A DNA stretch of 64,000 bases from Dehalococcoidia bacterium (GTDB taxonomy: Bacteria > Chloroflexota > Dehalococcoidia > Lucifugimonadales > UBA3495). The DNA lies in assembly GCA_965203435.1 (NCBI GenBank), contig CBDBCU010000006.1, positions 366,518 through 430,517 on the forward strand, in the 5' to 3' direction. The translations under genes were made by a program, and so were the position numbers. The notes below the pieces were generated by a model that was given only the letters and a program-made list of their open reading frames with translations, did no database searches and was not told the DNA's origin. This document shows, piece after piece, positions 9,381 to 19,025 of this stretch. Position 1 is the first letter of the stretch; the number at the start of each line of letters is the position of its first letter.

Positions 9381-11059
9381 AATTCCCCTCTGAAAGGTAT
9401 GACGGTTGAGAATGGGCTGAGCCGAGGCGATTGTCTTACTTGCACATCTACCGCCCGGTAGATAGTTCCTCTGATCGTTACCAGCAGGTCACCCTCCGGT
9501 GACCAAGTGCCGGTGTAGTGGCACGCGTCCCGGGTTTGAAAGTAAAAGCCGCCGCGGGTAGTTTGGTCATTCCTCTGCAAGGTAGTGGCGCAGGGCCGGC
9601 CGTTTCCATCGGAGGTTAGCACCCACTTGCCGCCTTCCTCCCAAGTATAGTAGCCCAAGAACTCGCCGTTGGGCCAGTGGGCCTCGGGCTTTTCCCGATA
9701 GCCGTACCACCGGTCGATGATGGCCCAAGCATTGGAATAGTAATAGGCTTGGCGGACTTGGTGGACGCCAGCCAGTTGGTTCTTTCCCGAGGCGTAAAGC
9801 TCCCGGAAAGACTGCCGGAACACGGTTGCGGGCATATCGTCATACAGGTCGACGAACAACCCTTCCCCCAGGCTGTAGTTGCAGCGGAAGCCGGCATCGG
9901 CAGTCTCATACCGTTGGCCTTCCAGCTGGCTGATGTTGGATACTTGAGAACAGCGCCGATTTTCCGGGCGGATGGGCGCGCCCGTCCGGCGATTCTCGGA
10001 GTAAAGGGCTAGAAAGTCGGCCGCCCCTTCGTGAAGCCAATTCCTTTCGCCGCTCCAGTAGTAGTGGGCTACTTCGTGGGCGATTATCGACCCCAAGCCA
10101 GCGCGCTGCCAAGATTGTCCCGATTCGTATTCCTGTAAAATCTCCATGTGCGTCCCTTTGTGGACGCCGCCAAAATCCCCGTCCAGTCCCAGTTCCTTCA
10201 CGAAATCGAGGCGTATCTCCGGGCTTTGCAAGGGTATGGGCTGGCCCATATACTCCTCGAGGGTTCGTACTGCGTGTTCCAGGATGTCCATGCTCTGGCC
10301 GGAGCCTATTCCCCCGGAACGGTATATTTTCAGCGTAACCCGTCCGGTCTGTGGTAGGTCTATGGCCCGACTTTCCCCTTGAGTAGTTGGAGAGGGTGCG
10401 GTTCTCCTGGATACGCAACGGAGTTGTCCACTGATGGACGTGTAGTAGTTGGTGCTGCAAGTCGGTACTAGCACCCGCTGGCTTAGGGAACTTCGCAGGT
10501 TGGCAATGGTTCTATTCTGCCGGGTGATTTGATCGTTCTGCTGGTTGATTTCACCGGACAGCTGGGTAATCCGGCGGTCTTTGCTACTAAGGTCGCTGGA
10601 CTGTTCGGCGATAGTGGCGCGCTGGCGCAGTGTCGTCAGCTTTTCCGCCGCCAGGTTTTCCCGTTCTAGGGCGAGGGAGTTCTGGGCAGCGTCCCTTTCG
10701 CTGAGCGTGGCTTTCAACCGGGCGTTGGTAACATTCAGCTGATTGCTCTGCTCGACAATGGTGGCGTTGGCTTGGCTGATTTGGTCGTTGGCCGCTTGCA
10801 GGGCATTGCGGCGAATTGCCAGTTCCGCGGCGGTGGAGTCTAGCTTTCTGCTCTGCTCGGCGATAATGGCGTTGGTTTGGACGATGTTGGCGTTGGCCTG
10901 GCTGAGGGCATTCTTGGTCTCGAGGAGAGAGTTGTTGGACTGCGCCAGAGCGGCTTGCCAAGTCGGGAGGGCGTTGGCGTATCCGAAAAGTTGCAGGGAC
11001 AGAAAGATGATGGCCGCGATCGCCGCCAGAAACAGGGGATACAGGATGAAGCGATCCAT
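9368..11059 (-). CDS. Membrane-anchored coiled-coil protein with gluzincin-type metallopeptidase domain
   Basis: AAGGAG RBS, ATG 11059, N-terminal TM, about 190-aa Q/N/A-rich coiled coil, [11 protein letters not shown]...WLHEGAADF (HExxH plus E). Confidence 0.75.
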   Translation of the reverse strand: MDRFILYPLFLAAIAAIIFLSLQLFGYANALPTWQAALAQSNNSLLETKNALSQANANIVQTNAIIAEQSRKLDSTAAELAIRRNALQAANDQISQANATIVEQSNQLNVTNARLKATLSERDAAQNSLALERENLAAEKLTTLRQRATIAEQSSDLSSKDRRITQLSGEINQQNDQITRQNRTIANLRSSLSQRVLVPTCSTNYYTSISGQLRCVSRRTAPSPTTQGESRAIDLPQTGRVTLKIYRSGGIGSGQSMDILEHAVRTLEEYMGQPIPLQSPEIRLDFVKELGLDGDFGGVHKGTHMEILQEYESGQSWQRAGLGSIIAHEVAHYYWSGERNWLHEGAADFLALYSENRRTGAPIRPENRRCSQVSNISQLEGQRYETADAGFRCNYSLGEGLFVDLYDDMPATVFRQSFRELYASGKNQLAGVHQVRQAYYYSNAWAIIDRWYGYREKPEAHWPNGEFLGYYTWEEGGKWVLTSDGNGRPCATTLQRNDQTTRGGFYFQTRDACHYTGTWSPEGDLLVTIRGTIYRAVDVQVRQSPRLSPFSTVIPFRGELWNS

Positions 11060-11205
11060 TGTTTCTCCTTTGAACCGGTTTTGCCGGGAATGTCCCGGCA
11101 GACTTTGACACATTCCGTTTAACAATGTAGCATAAAGTTGGCGCGGGCGGGGGCTTGGCGTCGCCGCGGCCGCCCGGAACTTGCAGAGCGACACGAGGAA
11201 GCAAA

Positions 11206-13524
11206 GTGGCTGAGGAAAATACCGACAAGCAAGGGGAAGCGGCCGATAAGTCGCCCCTGGCGCCGCCGCAAATGAACCCGGACTTCAACCGGGCTTTGGA
11301 CGAACTGGTGGCTTTGGCCCGCCAGGGTCAGCGGCCCGACTGCGAAAACTTCAATCCCGCCGACCCGTGGCTGATTGCCAATATGCCGGTCTTTCAGGAC
11401 TTGCCGGCGGCGGAACGGGAGCGGACGCTGGCTGAGGCCGCGGCAATTGTCCTCCGTGGGCAGGAAGCCAACGCCGCCGGCCGGGCCGCGGTCAAAGCCT
11501 GGCCCGGCGTGGCGGTGCGCCTGGACAGCGGCGGGATGGGCTTTTTCAGTCAGTTGGGCGTGGTGCGCCGCCCCGACTTGACCCAATACTATGTGGACGG
11601 CTTTACCCCCAACCGGGACGCCCTGTCTTTCAGCGCGGAAAATCAAGCCCTGTTCACCGCGGTTTTCCAGCGCATCGCCGCCAAAATGCGGGAACACTTC
11701 GCCGCCGGCCGGACGATCATCCAGACCGACCGCCAAATCTGCGACGCCCCGGGCCGCTCTTTCCACGCCCGCCAGCTGCTCTTTGGCGCGGACTATCTCC
11801 AACTGCCCTATATGTGGCGGCAGTTGACCTTTGACCTGCCGGCAAGCCAATACACCGAACCCCCGGACATTGTGGAGGTTTCCGTCCCCCATTGGTTTGA
11901 GGATTTGGACCTGCCGGCGGATTTGCAGGCCCGCATCCGGGAATTGGGCATTACCCAACTGGTGTTCAAGGCCCCCACCAAGGGCTTGTCCCTGCACCTG
12001 GGCTTTGACTACCTGGGGGAACATAAGATGGGGCCGCTATCCATCGCCATGTTCCAGGTCAAACAGAACAACGGCATTGCCATTCAGGCCGCCCTGAGCC
12101 TGGCCCGGGTGAAAACCCTGGCCGGCTCCGTCGCCAACACCGCCCTGGTCACCGTTGGCCCCTCCCTGCACGGCAAAAGCACCTTGACCATTATGATTGA
12201 ACTGGCCCACAGCGAGCTGGCCGGTTTGCTGAATTTGGATACCGATCCCGCCGAAGGGGTCTATCCGATGAACGATGACATTGTGCTGCTCCAGCCCCTG
12301 CGGGAGCCGCTGGTTTCCCATCGCGGCGGCAGCCGCTACACCATTTCCCACAGCATCGACGGCACGGAAAACAACTTTTACGCTATGCCTTTCGGCTTGA
12401 ACGAAGCCGAGGATCCCATCACCTTTGACGCGGTGCGCGGCTCGGCGGCCGCCCCCAATCCCCAGGAAACCCTGGAAAATGTCCCGGTACTGCTGCCGGC
12501 GGAGGGCGGTAGCGCGGCCGCGCCCAACTTCCTCGAAAATCCGGTGCGGAATATGCGGGTTACTCTTTCCCGCCGCCGCCTGCTGGCCCGCAAAGGCGTC
12601 GGCGGCCTGATTGAATCCATCACCGGCGGCCAGTTGACCGATTCGGTTCATGTGCCGATGGAGTTCACCGACCGGGTGTTCTGGCAGGAAGTGATGCGGC
12701 AGAACACCGTCATTCCGCCGCTGCGCCGCCTCAGCCTGGAGCAGTATATCCGGGTGCTGATGTACGGCGAAGCGGTGCAGATGGGCGCGGCCATTGGCGC
12801 GATCGGCCGCCCCTATGTGGAATACTTTTCCGACCCCTTTATCATCGGCTTGGAGGATGAGAACGCCAACCTGATGTACCATATCCTCCAGCAGCTGGCT
12901 TGGGGCGGCCTGCCGCAGGAGTATTATGTGTTCAACACCGGCGGCATCGGCGCCGACAGCAATGAGGAAGCCAGCGGCCCCCACTACCGGAAAATCCCCC
13001 GGGAATTGACCCTGCTGCTCCAGGAAGCCCTGCTGCGGGATGCGGTAAAGTTTGAGTATGACCCCATCCTGCGCTCGGAAGTGGGCGTAGCGGTGGTGGA
13101 CGGCCGCGGCGCGGAAGTGGTGGACTTGCGCCCGGAATGGCTGCCCCGGGAAATCTACGGCGAGGCCGACTATACCCGCCGGGTGGTGGAACTGCGCCGC
13201 CGCCGTTACTACGGCCAGAATGCTGCGGACAAGGCCGGCATCCTGCGCTACACCAAAGTCAACAGCGCCTTGATTGACCTGGCTGATGTTCCCCCGCCGG
13301 CCGACGAGCGGGAACTGGCGTGGCTCCTTTCCTTTTTCTGGAAAGTGGATCAAGCCGCCAATTCCCTGCCGGACCTGGCCCGGCAGATTGGCACCGGGCA
13401 GCGGCCGCTAACCCATCTGCTGCGGGCCTTGCAGGATAAATACCACGCCGGCCGGGCCCAGGGTCTGACCCTTTCTCCGGAAGGCCGGGACGCTCTGGCC
13501 GCCGCCGGTTTGACCGCCGGCTAG
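11206..13524 (+). CDS. Divergent phosphoenolpyruvate carboxykinase (ATP)-like protein
   Basis: YLGEHKMG, P-loop VGPSLHGKSTLT, MNDDIV, GTENNFY, LENV, N(M)R, VFNTG in PEPCK motif order; start GTG 11206. Confidence 0.7.
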   Translation: MAEENTDKQGEAADKSPLAPPQMNPDFNRALDELVALARQGQRPDCENFNPADPWLIANMPVFQDLPAAERERTLAEAAAIVLRGQEANAAGRAAVKAWPGVAVRLDSGGMGFFSQLGVVRRPDLTQYYVDGFTPNRDALSFSAENQALFTAVFQRIAAKMREHFAAGRTIIQTDRQICDAPGRSFHARQLLFGADYLQLPYMWRQLTFDLPASQYTEPPDIVEVSVPHWFEDLDLPADLQARIRELGITQLVFKAPTKGLSLHLGFDYLGEHKMGPLSIAMFQVKQNNGIAIQAALSLARVKTLAGSVANTALVTVGPSLHGKSTLTIMIELAHSELAGLLNLDTDPAEGVYPMNDDIVLLQPLREPLVSHRGGSRYTISHSIDGTENNFYAMPFGLNEAEDPITFDAVRGSAAAPNPQETLENVPVLLPAEGGSAAAPNFLENPVRNMRVTLSRRRLLARKGVGGLIESITGGQLTDSVHVPMEFTDRVFWQEVMRQNTVIPPLRRLSLEQYIRVLMYGEAVQMGAAIGAIGRPYVEYFSDPFIIGLEDENANLMYHILQQLAWGGLPQEYYVFNTGGIGADSNEEASGPHYRKIPRELTLLLQEALLRDAVKFEYDPILRSEVGVAVVDGRGAEVVDLRPEWLPREIYGEADYTRRVVELRRRRYYGQNAADKAGILRYTKVNSALIDLADVPPPADERELAWLLSFFWKVDQAANSLPDLARQIGTGQRPLTHLLRALQDKYHAGRAQGLTLSPEGRDALAAAGLTAG

Positions 13525-13610
13525 CGGGTAGTAGGTAGCGGCCGGCGGCCAAACGGCCCGGCCGCGCCGATTTTGCCGGGGCCGCGTAGCCCCGGAGGGG
13601 AATGTAAGGA

Positions 13611-14141
13611 ATGGAGCAAGGCGGTATCCAATATCCCCTGGGGTCTCTATCCCATATCGGGGCCGAAACTTTTGGTACGCCGGGCCGGCGCACTTTCCGC
13701 CTGACCCTGGAGGCCGGCTTGGCCCGGGTTTATATCTGGCTGGAAAAGGAGCAGCTTTTTCAGCTGGGCGTCGGCTTGGGCGAAGCGGCCCAGCACCAGG
13801 CCGCCGCGGAACGGGACCGCGGCAGCTATCCCACCGCGCCCCCGTGGGACGGCGGCGAAACGACCGTCGAGTTCCATGCCCGGGTCCTTTCCGGCCGCCA
13901 CGATGCGGAAACCAATTCCTTTTACATTCAGGCCCAGGGCGGCGAGGAGGAGGGTTCCCGGGCCGAGCCGCCCTCGGTAAGTTTCTGGATTACCCTAGAA
14001 CAGGCGGCGGCCCTGGCTGAGGAAAGCCTGCGGATTTGCGCCGCCGGCCGGCCGCCCTGTTTCCTCTGCGGCCAGCCCATCAATCCCGACGGCCATACCT
14101 GCCCCCGGGCCAACGGCCACGCCGTCTTTGAGAGCGGCTAG
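13611..14141 (+). CDS. DUF3090-family protein
   Basis: FGTPGRRTFRL, WLEKEQL, CAAGRPPCFLCGQPINPDGHTCPRANGH. Confidence 0.88.
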   Translation: MEQGGIQYPLGSLSHIGAETFGTPGRRTFRLTLEAGLARVYIWLEKEQLFQLGVGLGEAAQHQAAAERDRGSYPTAPPWDGGETTVEFHARVLSGRHDAETNSFYIQAQGGEEEGSRAEPPSVSFWITLEQAAALAEESLRICAAGRPPCFLCGQPINPDGHTCPRANGHAVFESG

Positions 14142-14207
14142 CCCCCGGCCCGCCGATGACTAGAGTGCGGTTTCTGATTTTTCCCGCCCATCCTCAACTT
14201 GTCGAAA

Positions 14208-14362
14208 TCCGCTCATCCTGAACTTGTTGAAGGATGGGAAAGCCCAAGCCGAAAGGAAACCCATTACCGGATGGCAAGGCTGATTGTTTCCGCTCATCCT
14301 GAACTTGTTGAAGGATGGGAAAGCCCAAGCCGAAAAGAAACCCATTACCTAATGGCAAAGGA
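14208..14362. repeat. Direct duplication (about 81-bp period) carrying family A REP and the start region of the next gene
   Basis: TCCGCTCATCCTGAACTTGTTGAAGGATGGGAAAGCCCAAGCCGAAA-GAAACCCATTACC at 14208 and 14289. Confidence 0.9.
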
Positions 14363-15077
14363 TAAGCCCGTGGATTTGCCCCAACCCGCCCCCGACCTGC
14401 TCCTCAACGGCGAGTTCCTTTCCTGCGAACTGACGCCCCTGGGTTCCAACTATACCTTTATCGCCGCCCTGCGCTTGGACGGGCAGGAGGGGCAGGCCAT
14501 CTACAAGCCCCGGGATGGGGAAGTTCCCTTGTGGGATTTCCCCCGGGGTACCCTTTACAAGCGGGAATACGGCGCTTATCTGCTGAGCCAGGCTTTGGGC
14601 TGGGACTTTATCCCCCGCACCATCATTCGGGAAGGGCCGTACGGCATCGGCTCCGTCCAGGAGTATGTGGAACATAACCCCCGGCTGGACTACTACACCC
14701 TCAGCGCCGCCAACGCCGCGGCCCTGCGTAGGATTGCCTGCTTCGACCTGGTCGCCAACAACACCGACCGCAAGGCCAACCATGTCTTGGTGGACGCCGC
14801 CGGCAAGTTGTGGGGCATTGACCAGGGCTTGACCTTTCACGCCGACACCAAAATCCGTACCGTCATCTGGGACTTTGGCGGCAAACCCATCCCCCGCCGC
14901 CTGCTTGCCGACTTGACCCGGCTGTTCAAGCAATTGGACAACCCGCCGCCGCCGCTGCAAGGATTGCTGGACTTGCTGCTGCCGGAGGAAGTTGACGCTT
15001 TCCGCCAGCGCATCGCCTGGGTTTTAAGTGAACGGACTTACCCCGGCCTCCCCGGCCGCCGCCGGCGCCGCCGGTAA
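14352..15077 (+). CDS. SCO1664-family protein (PI3/4-kinase-like fold)
   Basis: GSNYTF, IYKPRDGEVPLWDFPRGTLYKRE, FDLVANNTDRKANH, GIDQGLTFH, RTVIWDF; follows DUF3090 as in the known pair. Confidence 0.88.
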   Translation: MAKDKPVDLPQPAPDLLLNGEFLSCELTPLGSNYTFIAALRLDGQEGQAIYKPRDGEVPLWDFPRGTLYKREYGAYLLSQALGWDFIPRTIIREGPYGIGSVQEYVEHNPRLDYYTLSAANAAALRRIACFDLVANNTDRKANHVLVDAAGKLWGIDQGLTFHADTKIRTVIWDFGGKPIPRRLLADLTRLFKQLDNPPPPLQGLLDLLLPEEVDAFRQRIAWVLSERTYPGLPGRRRRRR

Positions 15078-15115
15078 GAATAGCCGTTTTCCGAATCCGG
15101 GCCATCGTACATAAA

Positions 15116-15283
15116 CCGCCCTTCCCGCCCTCCCTGCACCTACCGTCATTCCTATCGACCGCCATTCCCGCCCCTACCGTCATTCCCATCGACCGCCATT
15201 CCCGCCCCCTTACCGTCATTCCCGCGCAAGCGGGAATCCCGAAATGCCGCGGACTCCGGATTCCCTTTTCCTCGAGGAATGAC
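15116..15283. repeat. Family B REP cluster with degenerate CCGTCATTCC iterations
   Basis: Full copy at 15214-15240, several partial units upstream, inverted variant at about 15258-15283. Confidence 0.75.
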
Positions 15284-15299
15284 AGCAAAGCCCGCAACT

Positions 15300-15968
15300 C
15301 TATCCCCCCGGCCCGTTAGCCAGCAGCGCCGGGTCAAAATCCTCCAGCGTTTCCAGAATGGCATTGGCCTGGCTAACATCCAAATGGCGGGTGTAGTCGG
15401 TGCGGACGGCGATGGTATAGGTTCCGGCGGCTACGGCGGCCGCAATGCCGACCGGCGAGTCCTCAATGGCGATACATTCCGCCGGCGGCAGGCCCAGGCC
15501 GGCGGCGGCTTTCAAGTAAATATCCGGGGCCGGCTTGCCGTTGGTTACATCATCCCCGCCCAGCACCAGGTCAAAGGCCCCGGTCAGTCCCAAGGCCGCC
15601 AGTTTCAAGTCCACCCAGCTATGGCGGGAGGAGGAGGCTACGGCGATAGGCAAGCCCCGCTCCCGGCAAGCCGCCATCAATTCCCGCACTCCCGGCTGCG
15701 GCGCCAATTCCTGCATCATCATTTCCCGGACGATGCGGTCGTAGCGGCCTATATAGGTCGCAAGGGGCAAGGGCAAGGGCCTCCGCAACTTCAGCTGCCG
15801 CCAGGTTTCCTCAACGGTAGTCCCGATAAGAAACTCCTGATTTTCCCCATCGGAAACCGGTTCCGCCCCTTCCTGAATCAGCAGGCGGTTGATGGCGTTG
15901 AAAAACAGCGGCTCGCTGTCCACCAGCACCCCGTCCATGTCGAAAATAATCGCCCGATAGCCGGCCAT
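15300..15968 (-). CDS. HAD-family phosphatase (beta-phosphoglucomutase-like)
   Basis: IFDMDGVLVDSE, VASSS, GKPAPDIYL, IEDSPVGI. Confidence 0.92.
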   Translation of the reverse strand: MAGYRAIIFDMDGVLVDSEPLFFNAINRLLIQEGAEPVSDGENQEFLIGTTVEETWRQLKLRRPLPLPLATYIGRYDRIVREMMMQELAPQPGVRELMAACRERGLPIAVASSSRHSWVDLKLAALGLTGAFDLVLGGDDVTNGKPAPDIYLKAAAGLGLPPAECIAIEDSPVGIAAAVAAGTYTIAVRTDYTRHLDVSQANAILETLEDFDPALLANGPGG

Positions 15969-15997
15969 ACCGTTCAACCCTCCTTTGCCGTCAAATC

Positions 15998-17143
15998 TTA
16001 ACACACCGATTCCTCCGTCCCGCTTTCCCGGACCAGGAAGCAGGAGGATGCCTTGAACACCGCCCACAGATTCATCCCGGGTTCAATGCCCATTTCGGTC
16101 AGGGAGGCGCCGGTGATGTGGCATTTCAGCGCGGCCCCCCGACATTGCAAAGTAACTTCATATCCCGGCGGGCGCAATTCCATTCCGGCCACTACCCCCG
16201 GCAGCCGATTGCGGGCTGAGGAACCGGCCGGCTCTCGATGGGACAGGATGATGTCCGCGGCCCGCAAGCCAATGGTTACGGTATCCCCCGGCTGTTCCAA
16301 TCCGCCTAAGGGTACTTCCAATTGCAAGCCCTCGGCCCCGGCGCAAAGCATTGTGCCATCCCGGGGTTGCCGGGACACTACCCGCATCGGCATCAGATTT
16401 TCCACTCCGACCAGCCGGGCTACCCGGCCCTGCCCTGGCTGCCCCAGAACTTCCAGCGGATTGCCCACCGCTTGGGTTTTGCCGTCGGCGATTACCTGCG
16501 CCCGGTCGCCGATATTGAGAGCTTCCTCAATGTCGTGGGATACCATAATGGCCGGGATGTTGGCATAAGCCAGGGCGGTTCGCAATTCCTCTCGCAAGGC
16601 CCGGCGCAGTTGGGTATCCAACGAGGTAAAGGGTTCGTCCAGTAGCAGCGCCGCCGGACGGGGAGCCAAGGCCCGGGCCAAGGCGGCCCGCTGCTGCTGC
16701 CCGGCGGAAATCTGATGGATCCGCCGGTTTTCCAATCCCTCCAATCGCAAGCTCTGTACCAATTCCCACACCCTTTCCCGGCCGGCGGCCGTGGTGCGGT
16801 CGGGCAGCCCATAGGCAATGTTGCCGGCCACGGTCAAATGGGGAAACAGATGGTACTGCTGGGTCAGCAACCCGACCCGCCGCCGGTGCGGCGGCAGCCA
16901 TACCTGACTGGCGGCGTCAAAGACCACCCGGCCGCCGATTTCAATGTGTCCCGCCGCCGGCCGCAGCAGCCCGGCAATGGCCCGTAGCAGGGTAGTTTTG
17001 CCGGCCCCGGACGGCCCGAAAATCACTAATACCTGGCCCGGCGCGGCGGCCCACTCCGTTTCCAGCGCAAAGCGGCCTATGCGGTACTGCGCCCAACCCC
17101 AAGTCGGGCCGCCGGTCAATTCCGGCAGACGGTCGGTTGTCAT
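15998..17143 (-). CDS. modC: Molybdate ABC transporter ATPase with TOBE domains
   Basis: GPSGAGKT, ISAGQQQR, LLLDEP, SSARNRLPG, AVFKASS. Confidence 0.92.
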   Translation of the reverse strand: MTTDRLPELTGGPTWGWAQYRIGRFALETEWAAAPGQVLVIFGPSGAGKTTLLRAIAGLLRPAAGHIEIGGRVVFDAASQVWLPPHRRRVGLLTQQYHLFPHLTVAGNIAYGLPDRTTAAGRERVWELVQSLRLEGLENRRIHQISAGQQQRAALARALAPRPAALLLDEPFTSLDTQLRRALREELRTALAYANIPAIMVSHDIEEALNIGDRAQVIADGKTQAVGNPLEVLGQPGQGRVARLVGVENLMPMRVVSRQPRDGTMLCAGAEGLQLEVPLGGLEQPGDTVTIGLRAADIILSHREPAGSSARNRLPGVVAGMELRPPGYEVTLQCRGAALKCHITGASLTEMGIEPGMNLWAVFKASSCFLVRESGTEESVC

Positions 17144-17943
17144 AATCCCGCCCCCCGGCCGCGCCGGGCAATCAACCCCAGGGCGGTCAAAGCCAGCAAT
17201 GCGCCGACCAGCAGCAGCACCGCCAGGGCTACCGCCGTATCCAAGCCGGTCTCCATCGCGCTCATTATCGCCAGCGGCATCGTTTGCGTTTTCCCGATAA
17301 AGTTGCCGGCAAACATTATCGTCGCCCCGAACTCAGAAATAGCCCGGGCCCAAGCCAGAGCTATGCCGGTCAAGATGGACGGCCCGGCCAGCGGCAAAGT
17401 CAGCCGCCGAAAGGTTCCCCACGGCGATACGCCCAAAGTTTGGGAAATATCCTCGTACTCCCGGGCTACCGACTGAAATCCCAACTTGGCCGCCCGAATG
17501 TAAAAGGGGGCGGCGACGAATAATTGGGCAAAGATGACGGCGGCGGTGGTAAAGGGCAAGTTCAACCCCAAAGTCGCCAAGGGAGACCCAAGGATGCCCT
17601 GCCGCCCGAAAGCCATCAGCAGGGCTACGCCGGCCACCACCGGCGGCAGGATGATGGGCAATTCTACCAAATGGTCAATAACCCGCAGCAGGCGGGAGTC
17701 GCTGCGGGCCAGCAGCCGGGCCAAAGGCGTGCCCACCGCAACGACAATAATGATACTGATAAGGCTGGTCAGCAGGGACAGGCGCAGGGCTTGAAAGGCC
17801 GTGGGGCTGGTCAGACTGGCGATAAAGCTGTCCTGCTGGGCCGCTTTAATCAGCAGGGCCAGGATGGGCAAGCCGATGAACAGGACATAAAGGGCGGTAG
17901 CGGCCGCGCCCAGCGTCCCCCCATAATCGGCGGCCGGCCGCAA
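17140..17943 (-). CDS. modB: Molybdate ABC transporter permease
   Basis: ELPIILPPVVAGVALLMAFGR, ARAISEFGATIMFAGN, TQTMPLAI. Confidence 0.94.
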   Translation of the reverse strand: MRPAADYGGTLGAAATALYVLFIGLPILALLIKAAQQDSFIASLTSPTAFQALRLSLLTSLISIIIVVAVGTPLARLLARSDSRLLRVIDHLVELPIILPPVVAGVALLMAFGRQGILGSPLATLGLNLPFTTAAVIFAQLFVAAPFYIRAAKLGFQSVAREYEDISQTLGVSPWGTFRRLTLPLAGPSILTGIALAWARAISEFGATIMFAGNFIGKTQTMPLAIMSAMETGLDTAVALAVLLLVGALLALTALGLIARRGRGAGL

Positions 17944-18005
17944 GTTACCCCTCTTTCCGGCGGCGGCCGGCCGCCACGCCGGCCGGCATCAAGGCATTGC
18001 GGCGG

Positions 18006-18863
18006 TTAATGCAAATCGGCATTGCCCTCCGGCGGCGGCTCAAAGCCATGACGCTCCAGAATTGCCTGCCCCTCAGCCGACAAGACAAAGTTGATAAAAG
18101 CCCCGGCCCGTTCCGGGCGGGCCGATTCCCCCAGGGCGGCGATAGGATAGCGGGCGGTTAAGTTGACTTCCGCCGGGATGGGCAGAACCGCAACCCGTTG
18201 CGCGGTATAGGCCGGCAAGGCGTCGGTGCGGTAGGTTAGGCCGGCATCGGCTTCCCCCAAAGCCACCTTTTGCGCCACGCTCCGCACATTAGGCTCCTCG
18301 GATACCACATTGGCGGCCACCCCGGCGGCCCAGGCCGGGCCAAACCGGGGATGAATTCCCATTCTTGCCAGTACCCGGCGGGAATAGCGGCCGGCCGGCC
18401 CTTCCGGCAGAGCCAAGACAATTTTAACCCCCGGCGCCGCCAAATCTTGCAGTGTTGCCGGATTCCAGTCCCGGCGTACCAGAAAGACCATCCGATTGCC
18501 GGCAAATTCGACTGGCGCCCCGGCGGTTAATCCGGCCCGGCGGACGGCGTCCATCTGCTCCCAATCGGCGGCGGCGAATAAATCCGCCCGCGCCCCGTGT
18601 TCCAGCTGCGTCCGCAAGCGCTGGCTACCGTCAAAGTTGACCGTTACCGCCGTTCCAGGATGGGCTTGCTCAAAGGCCGCCGCCATTTCCGCAAAGGCTT
18701 GGGTCAGCGAGGCGGCGGCGAATATAGTCAATTCCCCCCGTAGCGTCCCCCCATCCGGCCCCTTTCCCGGCTCTGCATCTGCGGCGCAGCCCACAAGGGC
18801 GGCCGCCAGCAATCCCCATAAAATCCAGCATCCGGCCCTTCGAATCGCATCGACCGGGTTCAC
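18006..18863 (-). CDS. modA: Molybdate-binding lipoprotein
   Basis: Lipobox ALVGC, IFAAASLTQAF, NFDGSQRLRTQLEHGA, GEADAG; start uncertain (GTG 18863 or ATG 18911). Confidence 0.93.
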   Translation of the reverse strand: MNPVDAIRRAGCWILWGLLAAALVGCAADAEPGKGPDGGTLRGELTIFAAASLTQAFAEMAAAFEQAHPGTAVTVNFDGSQRLRTQLEHGARADLFAAADWEQMDAVRRAGLTAGAPVEFAGNRMVFLVRRDWNPATLQDLAAPGVKIVLALPEGPAGRYSRRVLARMGIHPRFGPAWAAGVAANVVSEEPNVRSVAQKVALGEADAGLTYRTDALPAYTAQRVAVLPIPAEVNLTARYPIAALGESARPERAGAFINFVLSAEGQAILERHGFEPPPEGNADLH

Positions 18864-18964
18864 TGCCGCCCTGCCTTTCTCCTGTCGGTCTTTCCCGCCA
18901 TGCCGGGACAAGGGGAATTGTAGGTTGGGATGGCTAGGGCTGTCAACGGCGGGCTAATAAAGTT

Positions 18965-18989
18965 GGGGGCATCCAACTTGGATGCCCCC
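18965..18989. terminator. Hairpin downstream of the DUF11 gene
   Basis: GGGGGCATCCA-ACT-TGGATGCCCCC, followed by AACTTTATT on the minus strand. Confidence 0.6.
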
Positions 18990-19025
18990 TGGGGGATTGC
19001 CGTCCCGTTTGCCGCTGCTTGGCGG

